A DNA stretch of 10,889 bases, taken from positions 1 through 10,889 of the forward strand of contig JADFSZ010000044.1 of NCBI GenBank assembly GCA_022560555.1. The letters are read 5' to 3'. Under the pieces are notes generated by a model, which did not search any database, was not told the DNA's origin, and was given only the letters and a program-made list of their open reading frames with translations. Positions 1-7,745 of the stretch are shown here, piece by piece. The DNA is from PVC group bacterium. GTDB taxonomy: Bacteria > GCA-001730085 > JADFSZ01. The translations under genes were made by a program, and so were the position numbers. How positions within the stretch are numbered: position 1 is the stretch's first letter; the number at the start of each line of letters is the position of its first letter.

Positions 1-83
1 AGGACAAATAATTGGCGCTAGCTTATCACAGCTTCACGGTCAGTTCAATATAATTCTTATATTCTCAAACGGTTACCCCTGAA

Positions 84-1634
84 TCACCCTTGGTTTTTCA
101 TCCTTTTTGAGCGATAATATCCAACAAACACAAGTGCAATATAAAGCACCACCCACGGCCAAACTCCAACCTTCTGATAAACTGTTGTGCCTAAGCCGCT
201 TGAGACATCCGCGCTGAGTATTCCCGTAACAAACAGTTCGTTTGATCGCTGAAAAAACGGTTCTCTTTTGTCCTTTTGAATGACCCGAATAACCCTACCA
301 TAGGGATCAATCACGCAGGAGATACCTGTATTGGCCGCGCGCAACACATACACACCATTTTCAGCTGCACGAAATACCGCATGCATCAGATGCTGATAAC
401 TCATAGCCGTATTCCCAAACCAGGCATCATTCGTGAGATTCAGCAAAGCAGAAGCCCCGTTTTTTACCAGTTTACGGGATAACTCCGGAAAAACATCTTC
501 ATAACAAATCAAAGGTCCTAGACTAAATTTTCCGTTAACGAATAAGGCCGGAGAAACTTTTCCCGCGGAAAAATCCTCTCCCGGAGTTACCCTCTTATGT
601 ATTTGCGGGAATATTTTTTTAATCCAAGACGGCACGTACTCACCAAACGGAACTAAATGTATTTTGTCATAGACAAGCGCCTCCCTATCAGCAGAAAGAA
701 CAAAGACAGAATTAAAATAACGCATGGTGTCACCCATAAGACGCCTATCCAGGGCTCCCGTAATCAAGGTAACCGGATGATTCTTAACAAAATCGTTTAA
801 TCGCTTTTTTCTATTTTCATCCGATCGATAATAAAATGGCAACGCGCTTTCAGGCCATACAACAACTTTGACATCTTCCCGAATCAATTCCTTTGACAAC
901 ACGATATACTTCTCAAGAATGGCATCCTTCTTAGATATATCCCACTTTTCATCTAAGGGAATATTCCCCTGGACGATCCCGATTTTTATCGTTTCTTTTC
1001 TGTCTAAATCTATGCTCCCTATGCGGGATTTCCCAAAAAAGACGAGTAGGAGGGATACACATCCCGCAGCCAAGAGAACCTTTGTGACTTTATTTGTCCA
1101 TCTCCTGGTCTTCCATAAAGAACTGAACCCGACCATCAGACAGATGTTCACAAAAACAATCCATGCCGAAACACCATAAACACCCAAAACTGAGGAGAGC
1201 TGAATAACAGACGGATTCAGATATTGCGAATACCCGATTTGTCCCCAAGGAAAACCTGTCAGCACATACTCCCTTAAATGCTCGACAAAAACCCAAATTA
1301 CGGGAACCGCGAACAATACCTCCCACACACCATTTTTTTGATCCGACAAAAAATATTTCAGCCAGATACAGACAGCGCTAAAAATAAATCCATAGAAAAC
1401 CGGCAGGATCAGAATAAGCACTAAGCCCCACCAGGACACTTCAATAATCCATGACAACAAAACCGCGTAAAATGCTAAACCAAAAAGGTAGCCGAAACGA
1501 AAAGAATAGTTAATGCTTTTATTTTTGTGAATTAAATATATCGGAAAGGCGAATGAGAACCAAACTAAAAAATGACAATCATAAGGAGGAAACGAAAGGG
1601 CTGTGAGAAACCCAAAGACTATTGACCACAGCAT
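84..1634 (-). CDS. lnt: Apolipoprotein N-acyltransferase (Lnt): N-terminal polytopic membrane domain plus C-terminal CN-hydrolase domain
   Basis: The 516-aa ORF starts with a hydrophobic multi-TM N-terminus whose opening [13 protein letters not shown] parallels E. coli Lnt FGACGTLAFSPYD. It has the LTGFPW motif. The Lnt catalytic triad contexts are present: WPESALP (Glu), [14 protein letters not shown] (Lys) and [10 protein letters not shown] (Cys), followed by NDAWFG and a final TM helix. The start is fixed because an in-frame stop lies two codons upstream of the ATG at 1634. Confidence 0.93.
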   Translation of the reverse strand: MLWSIVFGFLTALSFPPYDCHFLVWFSFAFPIYLIHKNKSINYSFRFGYLFGLAFYAVLLSWIIEVSWWGLVLILILPVFYGFIFSAVCIWLKYFLSDQKNGVWEVLFAVPVIWVFVEHLREYVLTGFPWGQIGYSQYLNPSVIQLSSVLGVYGVSAWIVFVNICLMVGFSSLWKTRRWTNKVTKVLLAAGCVSLLLVFFGKSRIGSIDLDRKETIKIGIVQGNIPLDEKWDISKKDAILEKYIVLSKELIREDVKVVVWPESALPFYYRSDENRKKRLNDFVKNHPVTLITGALDRRLMGDTMRYFNSVFVLSADREALVYDKIHLVPFGEYVPSWIKKIFPQIHKRVTPGEDFSAGKVSPALFVNGKFSLGPLICYEDVFPELSRKLVKNGASALLNLTNDAWFGNTAMSYQHLMHAVFRAAENGVYVLRAANTGISCVIDPYGRVIRVIQKDKREPFFQRSNELFVTGILSADVSSGLGTTVYQKVGVWPWVVLYIALVFVGYYRSKRMKNQG

Positions 1635-4531
1635 TTTTTATACTTTTTCCCGCTACCACAAGGGCAAGGATTGTTTCGCCCAACCTTCGGCAACTCCCTG
1701 CGTACAGTGGGTGTTGGGGCATGTGGGTTGGTTTGGACGGCTGCTTGAGATCCTTGACTCTGCGGTGCCATTTGACGAATGGCGTTTGTAGCTAATACAG
1801 ATTCGGGATCATTGTAATTCATCTCATTTTGATGCGGAATCCCTTGGGAGCTCTTGTCAATAAACTGGATGCGAAAAAGATGATCCAGAATTTCATCGTT
1901 GATCTGATTGATCATAATACTAAACATTTCAAATCCCTCATGCTGATATTCGACTAAAGGATCTTTTTGCCCGTACGCACGAAAACCAACCGCGTCACGG
2001 AGTTGATCCATAGCGTATAAATGATCCTTCCACTTCCGGTCAATCGCTGTCAGAATAAGATACCGGATCACATCTCCAAGCTGGTCTTTTCCGATCAAAT
2101 TTTCACGCATATGATATTGATCGATCAGAAGACGGCATATTTCGTTACGAACCTCATCGGCTGTTTTTTTATGAAAACCCTCATGATCCTTAAATCGAAC
2201 AAAGAACTTTAATTGAAGCCACCGATTCAGTCCCTCCAGATCCCATTCGTGAGAATCCTTATTCGCTGATATATATTCGCCGCTGTGATCTTCAACAACC
2301 TGATAAATCACATCCGAGATATATTCTCCCAAAGCCTCCGCATAAAGAACTTCATTACGTCTCTCATAAATAACAGTCCGTTGCTTATTCATAATATCGT
2401 CGTATTTGAGGAGTTGTTTTCGGATTTCAAAATTCCGTGTTTCCACACGTCTTTGGGCCGTCGCGATGGAGCGGGTGATAAGCGGGTGCTGGATATCCTG
2501 CCCCTCTTCCATACCAAATTTCTCTAAAACCCCGGTGATACGATCCGAACCAAAAATCCGCATAAGATCATCTTCTAAGGACAAATAAAAACGGTTCGAC
2601 CCCGCATCTCCCTGGCGGCCGGAGCGTCCGCGCAACTGATTGTCTATCCGGCGCGATTCGTGCCGCTCTGTACCAATCACATGCAGCCCCCCAAGCTCCT
2701 TTACTCCCTCACCCAGAACAATATCCGTTCCGCGTCCTGCCATGTTTGTGGCAATCGTCAAGGATCCTCTCTGGCCCGCACGTTTGATGATGTCGGCCTC
2801 CCTCTCATGGTATTTGGCATTGAGAACCTCATGCGGAATCCGTTCCTTTTTGAAAATTCTTGACAGTCTTTCAGAACTGTCAATAGAAGTGGTTCCTAAC
2901 AAAACAGGGCGCCCCTTTTTATAACATTCCAAAACTTCACGGGTAACGGCCTGATATTTTTCACGTTCAGTTTTATAGATAACGTCTGGATGATTCAAAC
3001 GAATAAGAGGCTTGTTTGTCGGAACAACAATGACATCCAACTTATAAATTTCAAGGAATTCAGAGGCTTCTGTATCAGCCGTTCCCGTCATACCGGAAAG
3101 TTTCTCATACATACGAAAATAATTCTGAAACGTGATTGATGCCAGGGTTTGAGATTCTTTTTGGATGGTGACATTTTCTTTTGCTTCAATCGCTTCGTGA
3201 ATTCCGTCACCGTAACGCCTCCCGGGCATCATGCGGCCCGTAAATTCATCTACGATCGTAACTTTGTTATCAGCTACGACATAATCAACGTCCTCCTTGA
3301 ATACCACATAAGCTTTGATAAGCGTCTCAAGACTATTCAAACGCCGGCTTTTTTCTTCGTATGACTTAAACGCATTTCGTTCTTTTTCATGTTTTTCTTC
3401 ATCCGACAAACCCGCATCCTCCCTGATATTAAAAACGATATCATCAATATCTTCGAGCTGAAACTGATCGGCATATTTCTTGGAAAGCTCATCCTCCCCT
3501 TTCGATGTAAAAACAATCTCTCGCGTACGCTCCTCGTAAGTAAAATATAGTTCATCCTCTAATCGGCTCTTCTCATTCTCCAAACCCTTCGATCCGTAAT
3601 AAAGAGTGGCATCATCAAGTTTTTTCTTGAGACTTGCATTTTCAAGAATATGTTTTAAAAACTTTTTTTCTTTCGGAGAACCACGATGAATGATAAACAA
3701 ACATTCCTTGAGCTTTTCACTGTCATCGGCGTCCAGTGCTTTTTCGAGATCATCCAGCTTGCTTGAAATCACCATTGCCTGTTTACGCACCACCAAATCC
3801 CTAACAAGAGATTTGACTTCATCATAGCAATGTGTGACAGTATCAACCGCACCGGAAATAATCAAAGGCGTTCGGGCTTCATCGATAAGTATACTGTCAA
3901 CCTCGTCTACGATGGCATAATTCAGTTGACGTTGAGCTTTCTGATTTTTGTTGTAAACCATATTGTCCCGTAAATAATCGAATCCGAATTCATTATTGGT
4001 GCCGAACGTGATGTCACACCGATAGGCCTTCTGCCGGTTTTCAGGGGAAATCTCATGCTGAATCACACCGACTGTTAAACCTAAAAATTCGTACACAGGC
4101 CCCATCCAATCTCTGTCCCTCTTTGCCAAATAATCATTCACCGTGATCACATGAACGCCCTTGCCTTCAAGAGCGTTAAGATAACCCGGCAATGTCGCCA
4201 CAAGCGTTTTTCCCTCTCCGGTCACCATTTCAGCAATTTTTCCTTGATGAAGAGCCATTCCTCCCATGAGCTGAACATCAAAATGACGCATATTAAGAAC
4301 GCGCTTGGCCGTTTCACGCACAACCGCAAAAGCCTCGGGCAATAACTCCTCCAAAGACACCCCTTCTTTATGACGGGTACGGAATTCACCCGTTTTTTGC
4401 TTAAGCTCCGAATCGGACAATTTAGAGATCCCGGCTTCAAGCTGATTGATGCTGTCTACGTCCGTTTGAAGTCGACGGATATCCCGACCGCTTTTTGTAC
4501 CGATTATACGTTTTAGAACAGTTTTAAACAT
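1619..4531 (-). CDS. secA: Preprotein translocase ATPase SecA
   Basis: The 970-aa ORF is collinear with E. coli SecA. Shared elements are Walker [30 protein letters not shown]-like [62 protein letters not shown] and the C-terminal zinc-binding tail [14 protein letters not shown]. An AAGGAG Shine-Dalgarno sequence lies upstream. Confidence 0.98.
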   Translation of the reverse strand: MFKTVLKRIIGTKSGRDIRRLQTDVDSINQLEAGISKLSDSELKQKTGEFRTRHKEGVSLEELLPEAFAVVRETAKRVLNMRHFDVQLMGGMALHQGKIAEMVTGEGKTLVATLPGYLNALEGKGVHVITVNDYLAKRDRDWMGPVYEFLGLTVGVIQHEISPENRQKAYRCDITFGTNNEFGFDYLRDNMVYNKNQKAQRQLNYAIVDEVDSILIDEARTPLIISGAVDTVTHCYDEVKSLVRDLVVRKQAMVISSKLDDLEKALDADDSEKLKECLFIIHRGSPKEKKFLKHILENASLKKKLDDATLYYGSKGLENEKSRLEDELYFTYEERTREIVFTSKGEDELSKKYADQFQLEDIDDIVFNIREDAGLSDEEKHEKERNAFKSYEEKSRRLNSLETLIKAYVVFKEDVDYVVADNKVTIVDEFTGRMMPGRRYGDGIHEAIEAKENVTIQKESQTLASITFQNYFRMYEKLSGMTGTADTEASEFLEIYKLDVIVVPTNKPLIRLNHPDVIYKTEREKYQAVTREVLECYKKGRPVLLGTTSIDSSERLSRIFKKERIPHEVLNAKYHEREADIIKRAGQRGSLTIATNMAGRGTDIVLGEGVKELGGLHVIGTERHESRRIDNQLRGRSGRQGDAGSNRFYLSLEDDLMRIFGSDRITGVLEKFGMEEGQDIQHPLITRSIATAQRRVETRNFEIRKQLLKYDDIMNKQRTVIYERRNEVLYAEALGEYISDVIYQVVEDHSGEYISANKDSHEWDLEGLNRWLQLKFFVRFKDHEGFHKKTADEVRNEICRLLIDQYHMRENLIGKDQLGDVIRYLILTAIDRKWKDHLYAMDQLRDAVGFRAYGQKDPLVEYQHEGFEMFSIMINQINDEILDHLFRIQFIDKSSQGIPHQNEMNYNDPESVLATNAIRQMAPQSQGSQAAVQTNPHAPTPTVRRELPKVGRNNPCPCGSGKKYKKCCGQ

Positions 4532-4535
4532 CCCA

Positions 4536-4541
4536 CTCCTT
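4536..4541 (-). promoter_or_regulatory. Shine-Dalgarno sequence (AAGGAG) for secA
   Basis: The minus strand reads AAGGAGTGGGATG. This is a perfect AAGGAG core 4 nt upstream of the secA ATG (4531), inside the 34-nt murJ-secA spacer. Confidence 0.6.
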
Positions 4542-4565
4542 GTCTATATTAAACATCCGTAAATT

Positions 4566-6131
4566 TTAAGCTCTTTTGGCCCTTTTGGCAACTAAAGCTT
4601 CGAAAAGATTTTTTAATTCACTCACCTTAAACAAGCTGCAAAGAGTACCAAAAACAGCCATACCCGCACCAATCGCACCCAAAAGGATCACAACTTGATA
4701 TAAAATACCTGCCCCCTCCCGTGAAAATAATTCCATAAACCCGGAACAGCAGACAGCCATCACACAGGAAATAGCCAGAATTTTAACAAAAACTGTCAGG
4801 ATCTTTTTATCATCAAGATTGTTTAATTTTTTCTTGAGTGCTGCCAAAAGAAAGAAGGCCTGAAAAGATGACGATAAGCTCATAGCCAGAGCCAGTCCGG
4901 CTCCACGCATATGACGCATTAAGATGAGACTAAAAACGATATTCATGAGCATACCCACGCATGAAAAGATCATCGGCCGCTTCGTATCCTGCATGGCATA
5001 AAAAACCGGGGTCAGAATCCTTATCGACGCGTAAGCCACAAGCCCAAACGCGTAATACATCAGGGCCTGACTTGTCAAAAAAGTTGAATGTTGCCCAAAA
5101 GCTCCGTGTTCAAAAAGAACACGGACAATCGGACGGCGTAACACAATCAAACCTGCCATCATAGGAATCGTCAACAAAAGAACTTGACGCATACTGAATG
5201 AAAACGTTTCACGCAGTTTGTCGAAATCTTTACGTGTCGCTTGACGTGAAAGCTCCGGCAAAATGACCTGCCCCATCGGCGTCGCCACAATTCCCAGAGG
5301 CAGTTGAATCAAGCGCTCGCTAAAATAAAGAGAGGACTGAATCCCCACACCCAGAAAATGCGCAATCACCCTCGTGATAAACACATTGATCGGCACAATC
5401 GCCGTGCCGATAACAACCGGGATAAATAAGCGGGCTATCTTTCGAACTCCGGGGTGATGCCGATTAATGCGAAATTTAAAAGAAACCTTAAAGCGGCGAA
5501 GCATGGGAATCTGCATGGCCATCTGCACAACTCCAGCCCCAAGTATACCCCAACAAACAATCCAGATCTTTTTCTCAAGACTCCAATCAGACACAAACCA
5601 GAGACATCCTAAAGCCATGATCCAAAAAACGTTTAAAACAATCGGGAAAAGCGCCGGGACTGTAAAATGACGAAATGTATTTAATATTCCCATAAACACG
5701 GCCGCAAGGCATATAAAGATCACATAGGGAAATAACACGTATGATAACTCAAACAACAGCCTTGTTTTTTCATCAAGGTGAAAATATTCCAGAAAAATGT
5801 AAATGATGACAAACATGGCCATCACGAGCACCGTCAGAATCACAACAACACTACTAATCACAACGGATATCAGCTCCCGGGTGCTTGGCTCATTTTTCTC
5901 TTCAAGCGATTCACTCAAAACCGGAACAAGAGCCGCGTTCAAAGCCCCTTCTCCAAAAATCCTTCTCACCAAATTCGGAAGCATAAAAGCTCCGATAAAA
6001 GCGTCCCACACCATACCTGTGCCAAAAATCCACGCGGATCCAATGTCGCGAATCATCCCCAATACACGACTCGCCATTGTCGCGAGACTGATAAACCCGG
6101 CAGATTTCAGGATTTTTTTATTGGATGACAT
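4566..6131 (-). CDS. murJ: Lipid II flippase MurJ (MviN family, MOP superfamily)
   Basis: The 521-aa ORF is polytopic and hydrophobic. Its N-terminus LKSAGFISLATMASRVLGMIRDIGSAWIFGTGMVWDAFIGAFMLPNLVRRIFGEGALNAALVPVLSE is collinear with E. coli MurJ [67 protein letters not shown]. No obvious SD precedes the ATG. Confidence 0.93.
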   Translation of the reverse strand: MSSNKKILKSAGFISLATMASRVLGMIRDIGSAWIFGTGMVWDAFIGAFMLPNLVRRIFGEGALNAALVPVLSESLEEKNEPSTRELISVVISSVVVILTVLVMAMFVIIYIFLEYFHLDEKTRLLFELSYVLFPYVIFICLAAVFMGILNTFRHFTVPALFPIVLNVFWIMALGCLWFVSDWSLEKKIWIVCWGILGAGVVQMAMQIPMLRRFKVSFKFRINRHHPGVRKIARLFIPVVIGTAIVPINVFITRVIAHFLGVGIQSSLYFSERLIQLPLGIVATPMGQVILPELSRQATRKDFDKLRETFSFSMRQVLLLTIPMMAGLIVLRRPIVRVLFEHGAFGQHSTFLTSQALMYYAFGLVAYASIRILTPVFYAMQDTKRPMIFSCVGMLMNIVFSLILMRHMRGAGLALAMSLSSSFQAFFLLAALKKKLNNLDDKKILTVFVKILAISCVMAVCCSGFMELFSREGAGILYQVVILLGAIGAGMAVFGTLCSLFKVSELKNLFEALVAKRAKRA

Positions 6132-6203
6132 ACGAAAAAGCTTCGCTTCCAGTTTCCAGTTTAAAGCAAAATACAGTTAAACAAGTATAAAAAACTATTA
6201 ATA

Positions 6204-6866
6204 CTACTCATTCAATAATTTCCTTATGAGTTTCATGTCTTCCCACACGGGACGTTTCATGGCGGGATTGCGCAAGAGATAGGCAGGATGATAGGTTGGA
6301 ATCACAATCGTGTCTTGGCGATGAAACACTTGGCCGCGAATATGTGATATGGTCTCCTCCGTCCCCAAAACCGTTTTAGCCGCGGGAGATCCAAGAGTGC
6401 AGATAATCTTCGGCTTAATATAATTAATTTGTGCCTCCAAATACGGATGACATTTTTCAATTTCATGAGGAAAGGGGGTTCTGTTTTGGGGCGGTCTGCA
6501 TTTGATCACATTGCATATATAAACATCTTTTCGGTTTAGTCCGATTGACTCAATGATCTTTGTCAAAAGTTTCCCGGCCCTCCCGACAAAGGGAAAGCCT
6601 TGAGCATCCTCATCCGCCCCCGGAGCCTCCCCCACAAACATCAAATCAGCTTGTTCATTGCCGTCTCCAAATACAACGTTATTTCGATTTTCGCACAATT
6701 CGCATTTCCGGCAGTTTAGAACATTTTTCTTTAATTTCTTCCACTCCGCATCATCCGCCTTTGCCTCTTTTGAATCCAGATGTATGGGCAGCACATCTTG
6801 CATACCCATCATTTTCTCATTTTCCAAAAATCCTTTAAATCGTTCTCGTATATCCAAATCACTCAT
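6204..6866 (-). CDS. Uracil-DNA glycosylase, family 4 (4Fe-4S type)
   Basis: The 220-aa ORF carries the family-4 signatures: the CRKCELC cysteine cluster, motif A FVGEAPGADEDAQGFPFVGRAGKLL, CNVIKCRPPQNRTPFPHEIEKC (the remaining Fe-S cysteines) and motif B PTYHPAYLLRNP. Its ATG overlaps the nnrD stop codon in an ATGA arrangement. Confidence 0.9.
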   Translation of the reverse strand: MSDLDIRERFKGFLENEKMMGMQDVLPIHLDSKEAKADDAEWKKLKKNVLNCRKCELCENRNNVVFGDGNEQADLMFVGEAPGADEDAQGFPFVGRAGKLLTKIIESIGLNRKDVYICNVIKCRPPQNRTPFPHEIEKCHPYLEAQINYIKPKIICTLGSPAAKTVLGTEETISHIRGQVFHRQDTIVIPTYHPAYLLRNPAMKRPVWEDMKLIRKLLNE

Positions 6867-7741
6867 TTTTTCACACGTTCATATTTTTTTAAGACCGTTG
6901 GCAGCACTTCAATCAGATCCCGCGCAATCAACCCCATCATTCCCTTTTGCTTCACAGACTCTACACCAGTCTGTCCATGAATAAAAACTCCAAGAACACT
7001 AGCCTCAAAACCATCCATACCCTGCGCCAGGAAACCGCCGATGATCCCTGTTAACACATCCCCGGTCCCTGCTGTCGATAGCCCGGGATTAACGGCATCA
7101 TTAACATAAACACGCTCTCCGTCCGAAACAACCGTCGGCGCTCCCTTGAGAACAACCGTGATTCCGTGTGTTTTTGCAAAAGAGAAAGCGCATTCACCAG
7201 GATTTTTATGTATGTCTTCTTTTGGTATACCCGTTAATTTCTGAAATTCTCCCGGATGCGGTGTCATCACACGGCTCTTCCCTTTCAACAAAGCCTTGTC
7301 CCCTTCTAAAGCCGCTAAAGCATCCGCATCCAGAGCCATCGGAATACTTAAACTCGGAACGAGTTTTCTGACAAGATTCGATGTTTCAGCATGAGTTGAC
7401 AGCCCCGGGCCAATCGCGATTGCGGAAATATTTTTACTATAAGCATGAATTTCTGCGAACGCGTCCAAATTAAGAGATGCTTTATCTGTCTCGGGCAAAG
7501 AAAGTTTAACCGCTTCCGTGATTTGAGAGTCCACTTGAGCAACGAGGGAAGCGGGACATCCCAGCGTCACATAACCGCACCCGCTTCTCAAAGCCGCCAT
7601 CGTAGAAAGAACAGATGCCCCTGTTAATCCAAGGGATCCCGCAATCACCAACAAATGCCCGTAGGTTTTCTTATGACCTTGAGGAATCCGTTCCGGAATA
7701 TTTTCTAAAATTGATTTAATGTCAATGGTTTCAGGTTTCAT
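6863..7741 (-). CDS. nnrD: ADP-dependent NAD(P)H-hydrate dehydratase (stand-alone YjeF C-terminal / carbohydrate-kinase-like domain)
   Basis: IPERIPQGHKKTYGHLLVIAGSLGLTGASVLSTMAALRSGCGYV parallels B. subtilis YxkO LPERDAESHKGTYGTALLLAGS. Further matches are AIAIGPGL, MTPHPGEF, VVLKG and the nucleotide-binding GTGDVLTGIIGGFLAQG. The raw ORF extends to 7822, but that start would overlap the upstream gene by 77 nt. The Met at 7741 (MKPETIDIKS...) gives the N-terminal length seen in homologues and lies one nucleotide after the upstream gene's tandem TGATGA stops. The start call is therefore homology-guided. Confidence 0.88.
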   Translation of the reverse strand: MKPETIDIKSILENIPERIPQGHKKTYGHLLVIAGSLGLTGASVLSTMAALRSGCGYVTLGCPASLVAQVDSQITEAVKLSLPETDKASLNLDAFAEIHAYSKNISAIAIGPGLSTHAETSNLVRKLVPSLSIPMALDADALAALEGDKALLKGKSRVMTPHPGEFQKLTGIPKEDIHKNPGECAFSFAKTHGITVVLKGAPTVVSDGERVYVNDAVNPGLSTAGTGDVLTGIIGGFLAQGMDGFEASVLGVFIHGQTGVESVKQKGMMGLIARDLIEVLPTVLKKYERVKK

Positions 7742-7745
7742 ATCA

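Noticed and set aside
1630-1645. The A-rich run (TATAAAAAATGC) at the secA/lnt junction as a programmed frameshift site that would fuse SecA to Lnt
   Set aside because: SecA ends with its complete canonical zinc-finger tail and its own stop codon. Lnt has a normal N-terminus beginning at the ATG. There is no downstream stimulatory structure and no need to invoke frameshifting.
3337-3555. Same-strand out-of-frame ORFs inside secA (3337-3555 and 4222-4440) and inside lnt (1090-1326)
   Set aside because: They are Lys/Arg-rich or Cys-rich nonsense translations embedded in well-conserved genes. Nothing supports overlapping coding.
6143-6162. A possible sigma54 (-24/-12) promoter in TGGAAACTGGAAGC upstream of murJ
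   Set aside because: The GG-to-GC spacing is 9 nt for the first GG and 7 nt for the second, not the required 10 nt. The flanking bases do not match TGGCAC-N5-TTGC.
5778-6180. Two overlapping plus-strand ORFs (116 aa and 125 aa) antisense to the 5' end of murJ
   Set aside because: Their composition (T/H/N/S/K/R-rich) is what the reverse complement of hydrophobic membrane-protein codons produces. They show no motifs and no RBS. The murJ frame is well supported by homology.
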